DNA of 64,000 nt from Octopus sinensis (taxonomy: Eukaryota): positions 31,062,001 through 31,126,000 of the forward strand of contig NC_043001.1 of NCBI RefSeq assembly GCF_006345805.1. The letters are read 5' to 3'. Position numbers and translations under genes: made by a program. This document shows, piece by piece, positions 1-12,333 of this stretch. Position 1 is the stretch's first letter; every line of letters begins with the position of its first letter. The notes under the pieces are model-generated. The model saw only the letters and a program-made list of their open reading frames with translations. It was not told where the DNA came from and searched no databases.

Positions 1-101
1 TGCATGCGTGTGCCTCTGTATGTCTGTGTGTGTGTGCTGTGTGTGCGTGCGTGTGTGTCTATGTATTTATATGTATGTATATGTATATATATATATATAT
101 A

Positions 102-143
<42 letters not shown>

Positions 144-220
144 ATTTACACACGCACACACACATATATATTCACACATATATATGTATATGTGTGTTTA
201 TACACGTATATATATATATT

Positions 221-261
<41 letters not shown>

Positions 262-272
262 CATACATACAT

Positions 273-303
<31 letters not shown>

Positions 304-354
304 TACAGACAGGCACACACACACACGTTCACACGCACGCACACACACACACAC

Positions 355-1616
355 AAGAGGGTGGGCTACAAAGTTCATAGGCTGACTATGAAGGGGTGAT
401 GGTAGAGCTGTGAAATCTTATATACAGTAGTTTCAACTCATCTTATTAACTGCACTCTTTCTTTCTATGTAAACTGACAATCTGATTGTTGAACGAAGGC
501 TTCAAAAGTAACTAGTGGCGACTTCTTTTGAAAATCGACAAAATTTGACACCGTTGTGTTATCAAGTACCTGCAAAAAATCGGTGTAATCCCCAAGGACA
601 TTCATGCTAACATGTTTTCTCCTAGAAGAGATGACGCTCCAGCTTTATCAACAATGCAAAAGTGAACTGCTGAATTTTGGAGGGAAACAAAGTCTTGAAG
701 ATGGCCTAAGGTCTGAACGTCCTGCAGCTGCCACCACCAAGGAAAACAGCGGTCGTGTTCACTAGATGGTGATGGATACAAGCAAATCAAATAGCCATTA
801 TTATTAGCATACCCCATGACAGAGTTGAGAAAATTCTGCACAATTAACTTGGCATAGCGAAGGTTTCTGCTCGGTGGGCGACACGTCTTCTGACACCTGA
901 TCAAAAGTTCACCAGGCTGATCTCATCATGAGAAAACCTGACATTGTTTGAGGCAGATCCAGCTGATTTCCTTGAACGTTTCCTAACTCGGAGTGAGTGT
1001 TGGGTTCACTACTTTGAACCAGAGACAAAAAGATAATCCATGCAATGGAATCTCCTCTCCTCATCTTCTCCAAAGGAGGCCATGTTTGTTCCATCTATAG
1101 GGAAGGTGATGGCCTCACCTTTTTGGGACGCAAAAGGTATTATTGTGTTTATTGACTGTCTTCAAAAGAGCCACACCATCAATGGAGAAGACTATGCAAA
1201 CTTGCTGAGTCAGTTACAAAAGGCCACCAAGAGCAAACGTACAGGAAAATTGATGAACGTAGTCTTCTTTCCTGAAGTCAATAATCCAGCACACAACTTG
1301 TTGGTTTCAGTGGCTTTGAACTGGGTGATCACCCTCCCTATTCTCCTGATTTGATTCCATCTGAAAATCAGCTGTTCCCCATCATGAAAATACACCTGGC
1401 TGAGGACCAGTATCTCAGTGATGATGACGTCATACCTGCTGTTGATGACGTTTGAGCAACAGGGCGAAAGCTTCTACACCAACGGGATCCAAGCCCTGCA
1501 GTATCGATGGGAGAATTATATCAGCTGCAAGAGGGATTATATTGAAAAATAGACCTCATTTGGTCACATTCCATGAGAGTATCCTGGTCAGCCTATGAAC
1601 TTTTCAGTTGACACTC

Positions 1617-1618
<2 letters not shown>
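355..1618 (+). mobile_element. Degenerate mariner-like DNA transposon
   Basis: TIR core AAAGTTCATAGGCTGAC at both ends. Frameshifted transposase motifs: WVHYFEPETK, GKVMASPFWDAKGII, INGEDYANLL, YSPDL. Confidence 0.9.
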
Positions 1619-1647
<29 letters not shown>

Positions 1648-2555
1648 CGTGTGTGTGTATATACACACACACACATATATAGAATCACTATACATACGTA
1701 CATACATACGCGCGTGCGTGTGTGAGTGTGTGTTTGTGTGTATGTGTGTGTGTGTGTGAGTGTGTGTATGTGTGAGTGTGTATATGTGCGTTTGCGCTCG
1801 CACTCACGTGCCTACATATGAACCTACATTATCTTATGGTTGGTACAAATCAAACACGACTGTGATAATGAGCAGAACTATTAAAGAAACAACAAAGACA
1901 CATTTTATGTAAAAAGGGAATTTCACTCATTAGCTGCCAATTGTTTATCTTCATGATTTCGACACTCGATACTTTAATATATGAGACTCTATTGATTTTA
2001 TTTAACAATGACAGATGCGGTGAAAATATACTTTAGAAGGAAGGTTGAAGAAAAAGAAAGAAATGTTTATAGGGACTTAGAACCCAGAATGAACCCAGGG
2101 CTAGTGGTACATTAATAACAATATTGAATCGGGTAAGGGAGGAAATACTTTGTTCTAAATTTTTGTGTATGCATAGAAAAAAGATTAAGCAGCACTAGAC
2201 TTTTAGGGTATCCAAATAAATAAGATCTTTTGCAAGAAATTAACAGCGACAAAAGGTAGAGGTAAAAGATCTAGGATATAAATACTTGAGAAATGAGAAA
2301 TGATATTCATATCTTACCAAAATAATCAGAGATGTACGGGGATGTAAGTGAGAAATGGTCTCATCCTAGAGTCGGAATTGAACCACAGACTCGGCGACAA
2401 TTGATCTTGCATATACATCATGTTTTGACACAATTTTAGATAATTGTAGTACATCGCGAGATATTGTGCAATCATCATCATACATCAAAGTGTAAAATGC
2501 ACCTCATCTGGTGATTGTTTAAATAAGTCCTTCGTTAGATCCTGATGTTAGGAAA

Positions 2556-2599
<44 letters not shown>

Positions 2600-2613
2600 C
2601 ATCCATCCATACA

Positions 2614-2652
<39 letters not shown>

Positions 2653-3491
2653 GTATATATATATATATATATACGCGTATGTGTATACAAGTTTGTGTTT
2701 GAGCATGTGTGTGTGTGTGTGTACGTGCGCGTGTAATAAATCAACGAAGTGTTATGTTTATGAGACTGAAGTGTATTAAATTATTAATATTAATGATCAT
2801 TTGAAATTATTTTTCTGTACTTTTTTTCTTTAACAGCAATGGCATCGAGAATATCAGATCACTGTAACTGAAACTAAAAGCTGCCGAGTATTTCAATACA
2901 GAACTTTATTGAATTTTTCAGAAATAACGTGCAATCTATGCATTCTGTGCAGTCTTTTCGGTGAAGGTAATCTTCCTTGCGGTCATTTGCCTTCGTTACA
3001 AGGCCGTAAAACGGGTAGTAGAGTAATTTTAACATTAGTAAAGACTTGAGGTGTTAAGTTTGGCGCAACTACAAGATTATTAATAATCTAACAAAGTTGC
3101 GCCCAGGCCCACGGAAAGGCTAACAAGCTTTTTTTTTTTTAACTCTACAACGTGGACACTTTCCACTTATAGGTCTGTACTTAGATGTCTTAGTACATTT
3201 TACAGTGTGTATAATTTCTTAGCATTAGAAATAAAACAGAACGGTGTCTAGAACTTTTGGTACGTTTCCAAGATTGAAAGCAAAATAACTTGTAAGTGAT
3301 TTGAAATTGGGCTGAAAACGTCTACTTTGAAACGAAAAAGAAAGGAAAAGAAAAGAAATGAAAACAGCAGGAACTTAAAATTCTTTTCCAATTTCTTATC
3401 TACCATCTCATCTTGTATCCAAACACCATATACAATTCATACACAGACTCATATAAATATCGACATATGTTCGCTCGCTGTCTATCTCCCT

Positions 3492-3527
<36 letters not shown>

Positions 3528-3943
3528 TTTTTTCTATAAAACTTTTAACGCTGGAACTCGAAAGAGATAAGGCTATAAATAATAGCTTTTAAATAATTGG
3601 TTAAAAAACCCTGGGATGGAGAGAGTCGAAGGCTGCCCGTGGGATCCGAACCCATAACTGTAAACATGACGGGCGTTTAACTATTTTGCCATGGCAATAT
3701 CTCCACCAATTTTAGAAACTTTGTTCTTACCAGCAAGAACTGTATGTTGTTTACAACACCAGAATCTTTAAGAGATATGAAATAAATAGTTTTTAACGGT
3801 ATCGAAGTAGACAAAGTTGTAAGAAATAACATGTAAACTATTGCTATGATTACAGAAGATGTGGGATCGAGTCCCACATTAACTTTTTTCATTCAATGTT
3901 GTTTATTTATATATATATATCTATATATATAATTATATATATA

Positions 3944-3987
<44 letters not shown>

Positions 3988-4064
3988 CACACATACAATA
4001 CTATAATAATATTATATATATATATATTAGAAGAAATATATATATATATATATATATTATATAT

Positions 4065-4106
<42 letters not shown>

Positions 4107-4225
4107 CCTTATATACATATATATATATATGTACATACATATATATGTATATATATAAGAATTTTTTGCGTAATGTGATAAAAAAAACCAGGCTGTGTAG
4201 ATACTAGAACATTTATAGATAGAAG

Positions 4226-4277
4226 GTCTTACAGCTGTTTCTAGGATATTTATTAATTATATCCCTTCATCGGAGAC
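4226..4277 (-). ncRNA. Hammerhead ribozyme-like motif, minimal type I (variant core)
   Basis: GUCU-CCGAUGAA-GGGAUAU..AUAUCCUA-GAAA-C-AGCU-G-UA-AGAC: 4-bp stem I, AU-rich stem II, palindromic AGCU loop III; U4C core change. Confidence 0.55.
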
Positions 4278-4882
4278 GGTGTGAGAGGATGGTATATGCA
4301 TATATGGGTACAGAACATCATAAAACGTAAACAACATGAAATACGAAATACGAAAATATGGAATACGAACATTTTTTGCGAACAACGAAAGAAAAATATT
4401 AAATACAAGTAACATAAAGAACGACTCATCATCAATTGTCGGCTGTGTATCTATTCCACATTTCGAGCAATTACGACAAGATGTGTCTTCGAGAAAACAG
4501 TTGCTCCTGCAAAGCAAAATAAAATTTGGGATTTGCAGAGGGTCAAATTTGGTAACAAAAACAGTAAGGGCTGCTAAGCTATAACAAGGTGAGGTGGCGA
4601 ACGCTGGAGGAACAAGCTGTTTCAAGCTGTTTCAAGCAGTTCTGCGGCAGAAAACAGAATTTCATAAGAGCATGCTATTCCTTCGTTTCAGCCACCGCAA
4701 AAATCGACGAACAGGGGAGAAGTACTGCAAAACAAAGACGCACCACATGACAGTACGACGCCGATCGATAGACTGAGGGTCGCATCAAGTAGCTTCTAGT
4801 GGCGGAAACCTGAGCTACAATAGGTTTGTACCACAGAGAACGTTTCTGGTTACTTTTGGATATTATAAACTCCCTTTACGTT

Positions 4883-4952
4883 CAGTTCTATATTTAAGAG
4901 ATGAGGAATTATGTACATTATTTATATTCGACGGATATTTGTCCTCATCTTG
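4883..4952 (-). mobile_element. 3' fragment of the HHR-tailed SINE family (see 47331 and 51105)
   Basis: Near-identical to the tail end caagatgaggacaaatatccgtcgaat...ttaaatatagaactg; truncated before the HHR. Confidence 0.8.
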
Positions 4953-5199
4953 AGAAAAAAATAGGAGAGGAGATAGACAAGAATGCGTGTGATCTGTGTG
5001 ACAGATCAAAAGGAAAGAAAGAAGCTCAAATATATATATTTGTGTGTGTGTGTATTCAATTTTATTTAGCCACATGTTTTTACAGGAAGAAAAAAAATTA
5101 AAAGTATAAAAGGTTAAATTATCGAGAAAAAAACCCCCGCTCAGAATTACTTCAACAAGGAAAGAAAAAGACGAAAAAAAGAGGAGGGGGTGGGGGTAA

Positions 5200-6110
5200 A
5201 CAACAAAAGATGGAGCAAGTTACAAGTTGTATACTCCAGTCCAAACGGTGTGTTCAGCGGACATAACTGCAAGGGCGCTGCTGCAAAGCATGACACGCGA
5301 CACACACTTGCAACCGCCACTCCACCTTGCAGGGCTGTTTTCTCAGATGGCCTGCTGTCATCCCGATTTTCCGGAGGAAATCAGCTGTGCGGTGTTCGAG
5401 GACACCTTAGATCTCGATGACGACTGGTATAAACAGATAAGCGTCCAGTCAGGCTCCGGTATTTGTTTAACTTCCTCTCCTCTGTTTTACAGACGTGATC
5501 TTGGGTTTGCGACCGATGCAGCAAGGTTGGAAACGAAGAACGTGTCGCAGCTCGTCGCGTCCTAGATTAGATATCTACCTTCCGCGTATGCGAAGAGGGC
5601 TATTCCGTTGGGGCGCTTACTTTCCCAGTGGTTAGTGCCTTTCGAGGCCTTTCTGATGATGTCGTTCAGAGCAAAGGCGGCGAGCTGGCAGAAACGTTAG
5701 CACGCCGGGCGAAATGCCTAGCAGTATTTCGTCTACCGTTACCTTCTAAGTTCAAATTCCGCCGAGGTCGACTTTGCCTTTCATCCTTTCGGGGTCGATT
5801 AAATAAGTACCAGTTAATCACTGGGGTCGATGTAATTAACTTATCCCCTTGTCTGTCTTTGTTTGTCCCCTCTTTGTTTAGCCCCTTGTGGGTAATAAAG
5901 AAATAGATGTCATTCAGAACGGTACCTTGGGGGAATCGGCCTTTCGCTATGGCTGCAGAATAACGGATGCAGGCTGAACTCGTCGACTACAGCTCCACAA
6001 TAACATTTGTGCGGCTCACACACGCGGAGGCCGAGGTGCTGGATGGATCATTCCGATACGAGTACACTAATCATCAAGAAGGGTACCAGTTGATGAGGAT
6101 GGCACCGAAT
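5200..6110 (-). mobile_element. CRE-like non-LTR retrotransposon 3' fragment (restriction-like endonuclease), interrupted by a SINE
   Basis: Broken frames give LGLRVCEPHKCYCGAVVDEFSLHPLFC (CCHC), GRFPQGTVLNDI, KRPNGIALF..YLI*DATSCDTF, EERKLNKY, FIPVVIEI*GVLEHRTADFLRKIG. Confidence 0.8.
5673..5905 (+). mobile_element. tRNA-derived SINE family A with 15-bp TSD
   Basis: Head ggcggcgagctggcagaa, box-B-like agttcaaattcc, core gtcgactttgcctttcatcctttcggggtcgat. Flanks gatgtcgttcagagc (5658-5672) and gatgtcattcagaac (5906-5920). Confidence 0.9.
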
Positions 6111-6769
6111 CGTAGAGATAAAAAAAATTCTTAAAATGACCGGTGAAAATACGAGATAGAAAGAGTAAAAGAAAAAAGGTCTGCTAGCCTTTTTCGGTGA
6201 GCTCACACTGTTTTGCGACTGAGGCAAATTGTTTTAAACTTCCGTCAGCTTGTGGCTTTCAGCTCGACCACAAGAATCCAACGTTTAAGTCTCTTTCTCC
6301 TCTTGCTGTCATAACTAATAACTTGATTTGAAAAAATGACATAATCTCATCGTAAAAGCACGAAATAGAAATTTTGCCAACTTTTCTAAAAATAAATAAC
6401 AGCTTCTAACATTTATATGAAAAGATAATCATTAGAATTTTTATTGTTTTTTTTTTGTGTGTTTATTTTGGTCATATATTGTGTCTCGCTACTGATATTT
6501 ACGTATTCATTTACTTATTCATCTGTTAATTTATCTATGTTTTGTATTCATTTTACAATTGTTTAACCATTTTATTTCATTTTATCTCACGCTATCAAAT
6601 GTTAAAAACGAACAAATTGTTGTTTCTTCCCCAAATGTTTTTTCGCAAGTAGGAATTGGTATTACTAATCAGCTTGATAAGTTTTTTTTTATGTTATATG
6701 GTATGGAGAAACTTTTCTAAAACCCAGGCAACTACTCATATTATATAATATATATATATAATATATATA

Positions 6770-6800
<31 letters not shown>

Positions 6801-6880
6801 GTGTGTGGTGTGGTGTGTGTTTATATATATGTGTATGCATGTATGTACATACGTATATGTTCTTATATATATATATATAG

Positions 6881-6914
<34 letters not shown>

Positions 6915-6958
6915 TTATATATATAATATTTATATATATATATATATATTTATATATT

Positions 6959-7028
<70 letters not shown>

Positions 7029-7130
7029 CACATATATATATACATACACACACATATATATATGTATGCATTGCATGTACATATGTATATGTTTATATAT
7101 GTATGTATGTCTATGTTAATATATATATAT

Positions 7131-7195
<65 letters not shown>

Positions 7196-7715
7196 AATGT
7201 ATGTATGTATATTTTTGTTTATCTTTCTATTTATCTGTTATTCCACGATGATGACTCTCGAAAAAGTTATGCCAAAAACAGCGATTCTATAAATATATTC
7301 GCTCGAAGCTTTGGTTTTGTAGCCGGAAAACTAGCGCACAGTTAGTTAAGAGGGAAGAAAAATAAATAATGATTTCTAACATCGGCACAATGCCACAATT
7401 CTTGTCGGAAGAGCTCCGTGAACTTTCGGCTCCCAGTACTTGATTGGTACATTTTCAGCCGACCCTTGGAAGGTAAGCAGCAAAGTCTATCCCGAGGGGA
7501 TATGAACTCAAAGCATGCACATATTTAGCATTAAACACACATAAACACCTATATGCAAAAATATAACAATATACTAATTAAATAAGGAAGTAAAACACAA
7601 AGCATGACTGGAATAGTTGTACGTACAATTTCTAAAACTGCTTTTATCCACTTATATCAAACGACAAAAGTACATTTGGTCCTGGAGAGTTAGATAATTC
7701 GTATTTAGAATCGCT

Positions 7716-8270
7716 AAGGCAGAAAGTTGGCAGAATCGTTTGTGCCCGAAAAAAAATGCTTAGCGGCATTTCGTCCGTCTTCACTTCCTGAGTTCAAATT
7801 CCGCCGTGGTCGACTTTGCCTTTCATCCTTTCAGGGTCGATAAAATAAGTACCAGTTAAGCCCTGGGCTCGACGTAATCGACAATTCTCTTACTCCGAAA
7901 TTGCTGGCCTTGTGCCAAAATTTGAAATTAGTATTTAGAATCACTAAGACAGCGAACTGGCAGAATCGTTAGCACGCTGGGCGAAATGCTTAGCGGTATT
8001 TCGCCCGCCGCTGCATTCTGAGTTCAAATTCCGCCAAGGTCGACTTTGCCTTTCATCCTTTCGGGGGCAATAAATTAAGTACCAGTACTGGGGTCGATGC
8101 AATCGACTTAATCCGTTTGTCTGTCTTTGTTTGTCCTCTCTGTGTTTAGCCCCTTGTGGGTAGTTAAGAAATAGGTATTTCGTCTGCCGCTACGTTCTGA
8201 GTTCAAATTCTGCCGAGGTCGACTTTGCCTTTCATCCTTTCGGGGTCGATTAAATAAGTACCAGTTACGA
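7716..8270 (+). mobile_element. SINE family A, tandem cluster (two headed copies plus a head-truncated unit)
   Basis: Three repeats of the gtcgactttgcctttcatcc core; gtatttagaatcRctaag precedes both headed copies (7701 and 7931). Confidence 0.88.
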
Positions 8271-8289
8271 ACTTCTTACTAATGAAATA

Positions 8290-8805
8290 TTGTACGTTTA
8301 ATGAGTTTGCTGAGGACCATCCGTCAAACTGTGACTAAATATCTCTACTCAGGCCACCTTTGTAAATACCAGATGTGGTGAAGTAACTTTCTACCTTTAA
8401 CAGGAAATGTCTTAAGAAATGAAGACTCAGTGGCAGAAAAATTGTATAAACGTATCCCCAGGATCAATTATAGCAAACAAAGCATGAACATACAAATATG
8501 AAAATAAGGGCGACCCTATCTGATATTATTATCAAACATGATATCCAAGGACACTAATCAATATGAATTGATCTACATACAATAAGATCTTCTTAAAGGC
8601 GAATGTAAAACTCTTTTAATATGAACATCTATCTATAGAAATATGAAATATGTAGAATTTGGATCCAGAACAATATGTGTTCTTATTGAAGCATTAAGAT
8701 ACACGGAACATGATAAACACTGAGAAGTGGAAGAACTGCCAGATGACCCTTCCATATGTGAAATTCAGAAGACAACGCAGCTTGGAAAAGCTCATATTCT
8801 AGCAC
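8290..8805 (+). mobile_element. Highly degraded R4/Dong-like LINE 3' fragment
   Basis: ELPDDPSICEIQKTTQLGKAHIL parallels the QKIALLGTAHILR C-terminus of the 26585 element; upstream remnants are broken. Confidence 0.5.
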
Positions 8806-8808
8806 ACG

Positions 8809-8868
<60 letters not shown>

Positions 8869-8869
<1 letters not shown>

Positions 8870-9071
8870 TAAATCCAAACATGAAAACACAAAGAGAAAA
8901 CACAACAACGCGAGGACGTGGAACAAGTATAGTGTTATTGGACGCTCAGGAAAGAAAGAAGGAGGATTTAACGTTTCGAGCGGAGCTCTTCGTCTGAAAC
9001 ATAGGAAAAGGAAAGGTCCAAGGAAGGGAAGCCGGAGAAAGAAAATCGCCAACGACACACACGCGGTCACA
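8869..9071 (-). mobile_element. About 200-bp HHR-containing mini-element, copy 1
   Basis: Same ends as 21521-21711. HHR at 8965-9001: GUUU-CAGACGAA-GAGC-UCC-GCUC-GAAACGUU-AAAU, core U4A. Confidence 0.75.
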
Positions 9072-9113
9072 CACACACACATACATACATACATACATAC
9101 ATACATACATACA

Positions 9114-9149
<36 letters not shown>

Positions 9150-9247
9150 TGTATATATATAAATATATATATAGCTAGTTTTAACATCTCTAAATGTGAT
9201 ATAAGTAGTAACAATGTAATAATACAAGACGGTAACGTTTATTTGCC

Positions 9248-9420
9248 ACTATAACATGACTATTCTATAAAGAACTATGTTACTACATTTTAACCCCAGG
9301 GAAACGTCTTTTCCAGCTAGTCAACAATGCACAACTTGTGTCGTTGACCAGCTGGAAAAGACGTTTTCCTGGGGTTAAAATGTAGTTAGATAGTTCTTCA
9401 TAGAACAGCCATGTTATAGT
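9248..9420. repeat. 173-bp fold-back with 78-bp arms
   Basis: Arms align with 7 mismatches over 78 bp. Confidence 0.9.
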
Positions 9421-9602
9421 AAACAAAAATGTCCCACCGCCTTTATTATATAATAAATATATATATATATATATATATATTATAGAGGGTACTATTATTC
9501 ATAGGTACGTACGCTAGAGAGACTCTTGCAGGAAAAACTACTAAAATAAACAATTGTACCGAATGCAAAACTTCAAAGCAGTCATTTAAAAATAGAATTT
9601 GG

Positions 9603-9663
9603 TTACATATCACTTGTGATTTCGCAATCATGCAGAATATGCATTCTATGCTCATCAGTGTAA
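9603..9663 (-). ncRNA. Type I hammerhead ribozyme, complete core
   Basis: UUACA-CUGAUGA-GCA..UGC-GAA-AUCAC-AA-GUGAU-A-UGUAA: 5-bp stem I, G10.1-C11.1 pair, 4-5 bp stem III, AUA cleavage triplet. Confidence 0.82.
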
Positions 9664-9686
9664 GATATATATATATATATATATAT

Positions 9687-12212
9687 TATTGGTGAATTGA
9701 AGAAATGGAGCTGAACGCAGATGAAACAGAAATCGTTTTTATTTCATTCTACACACGTGTTTCGAAAGGCACAAATTACCAAAATCCATTGAATAATGGG
9801 ACCATATTGTGTCTTTTCTCTTCAGGAAGAAAAAAGGAAAATCCGTTGGAAAAACCAAAACAGAACAGAGGCAGAGCACAAAACAATCGAACTGTGCTCC
9901 TAAGAGCCCATGGCGAACTTGTTTATCAGTGTATGTTGAGAACCGGTGGCTGAAGAATTCAACAGGTCAGGCATCGGTCAATCATGTGGGTGAGGGTTAT
10001 TAGATGTTCTTTGTGACCGAGAATAAAGTCTGACTATTTAAAGAATTTGGTGTTTTATAAGGGGCGAGAAAAAATCTACTTAGAGACGTGTGTGTGTGTA
10101 TACTGTTCTATATATGTGTGTGTTGGCTAGGGGTAGAAACATTTTTTTGTGTGTACGTGTGTGCGTTTGATCGTTCGGCGGCTGCTGTCATGCTACTGCC
10201 GTGATAACCGTTTGGGTGGCAGAAAGAAAAAAAAAATAAAGAAATTATATATATATATTATGTTTTAATGTGGTGTGTGTGTGTTCATCTAGCCTGCCTT
10301 GACAAGGAAACCCCCGCTGTGAAAAAACAAGCCCCGTTTGTCTTACAGGAGTAATTTCCCTTGCAGTGGTTAATTGTAGATATCTTAAAATCTATTTCAG
10401 AATTTGTTACCAAGGCTATGGGTGCCGGTCTTATTTATAAACGCTATTTTAAAGGCCAGATAAGTGTAACGCCGCCAATGGGGGGCATCGAAAAGCCGAC
10501 TGTAAGAGCCCGTTTACCATCCGGCCCCTGCAACAACAAAATATGGAAGAGTTCGGAGACACAAAGTGTTGCACTGTCTTCTGCCCCTATCAAATGGGAG
10601 GGCCACCGACAAAATTGACCATTCCAGCCTATAGCTTAAGTTCGCATCCTTCAGTCGCCATATTAGCTTTACTGACCCGTGGTCTGGCGCTGTTCACGTC
10701 CCGAAAAGTTGCGTAATGGTTGGAGACACGCAAAGACAATCTTGAGGATATATGCCCCTATATAAGTGAAGGCATCTGAGTCCGTGTAACCTTGCATTGG
10801 TAGACGGGCGTTTTTATCTTGAGTTCGCCGACGTGAATCTTACTCTGCTAGGATTGGTTTTTTTGAATTAGAACTGCGTTCCGTCACTATATTCGTTCCG
10901 AGACCTGCAGCCGTTACTACTCTATTTTCCACTACGTCACTATTAACTATAGGAATAACCCCTGATTCTCCACTATCTATCAGAGTGCTGCATTTGCTAC
11001 TGCCCGGTTACTGCTATTGCGGGAAATGATGCTGGGGATGCTAAAGGGGCTCTCTACCCTACTCCCATTGTTACCATCAACCACAACACCCTATTTATAA
11101 CTATACCCCTAGTGGGTACTCCCTGGCTGGAGCTGAGATTATGTGTCACTGTACTGCTCTCATAACTTATTACTACTATAATTATTCCTACTGAGCATTA
11201 AACCGGGAGCGGAAGAGCTGTGCCTCGGAAAAAGGTGATAGGGTCTTAGTAAGTAGCCTATTATTATGGGAGGCGATTATCTGGGCGAGGTTTTTAGTGT
11301 TGGAGAAAGCTATCCTAACTTTATGTGAGTTAACCGTGGAGTAATATTTGGAATTTCTGGGGAAGTTATTGGCGATGGCTTGTCTAAACATGAGGGGAGT
11401 TAGTTCTAATCTGCTTACCAAAGGGGATTACAAACCATATGTGCTTATTCCTATCATGTGATGGGTCGGGACGCCAGCTCTCGCATTTGGGTGGGTGATT
11501 CTCGGATGAATAACGGTCTTGTTAGTGTAAGACCTCCCGGACCGATAATTATCCTTGTTCGCTAAATTAAATGGCGGGAGCGACTACCCCGGTATCCGCC
11601 GCGCTCCCGTCCTTACTTAAAATGTTAATGTTTTATATACGGCCCTATCCTGATGACCGAATGATGGCATCGGAAGGGCCGGATCAATATAAATTACCTT
11701 CTGCCTATAACCGGCCTTGGATAGTGCGGCGTTATAAAAATCCGCTTTCTGCATAAAAATATCGGCACTGGCGGACAGGCCAGACAATCTTAGAGAGATG
11801 TTTTTAACCAAATTGTCTGTTACGGTTTTGGCATGATTTGAGAAGACCTGACATACTTCAAATTAGTGGAAGGCTTATGGTAAGGGCAGTATGAGTCGCT
11901 ATTAAGGTTAAGTGTAACGTCTAGGAAATTAGCCTTGGTGAGTTCGTTATCAAAAACTATACTCATGCCCATTCTATTAAAACACCTAGCTAACCTGCTC
12001 TTAGTTTTCTGCACTATTCTGTTCGTGGTTTTTGCGGTAAAACAGACAATCGTCACGATACAGGCCGCCCGCGATCTCCGGGAATTGATCGGACAATTCG
12101 TAGAGAATATATATTCCGACCAAATCGGCTATCTGCGCACTATCCGAACTACCCATAGGCACATCAATTCATTGGGAGTATCCTTACGGATCCACAGCTT
12201 ATTATCAACTTA
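9687..12212 (-). mobile_element. 5'-truncated Penelope-like retroelement (RT + GIY-YIG), frameshifted
   Basis: RT: DVPMGSSDSAQIADLVGIYIL, GGLYRDDCL, NFLDVTLNL..YCPYHKP, SLRLSGLS, VRIAFSNTKNLAQIIASHN. EN: VYQCKV..TYIG..NHYATF..IWRLK..LEWSIL. Both ends abut (TA)n. Confidence 0.92.
9742..9833 (-). ncRNA. Type I hammerhead ribozyme at the 3' terminus of the PLE
   Basis: UUUCUUC-CUGAAGA-GAAAAGACACAA..UUGUGCCUUUC-GAAACACGUGUGUA-GAAUGAAA: intact core, long stem II, stem I with one bulge, GUA site. Confidence 0.72.
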
Positions 12213-12235
12213 ATATATATATATATATATAATAT

Positions 12236-12332
<97 letters not shown>

Positions 12333-12333
<1 letters not shown>

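Noticed and set aside
8-399. Many ORFs of the [12 protein letters not shown]/poly-L/I/N type across the window, including the 252-aa ORF at 48295
   Set aside because: They are stop-free translations of microsatellites, with no domain content.
2922-2966. 45-nt AG/GT-bounded candidate exon (ITCNLCILCSLFGE)
   Set aside because: No recognisable homology and no partner exons; such sites arise by chance.
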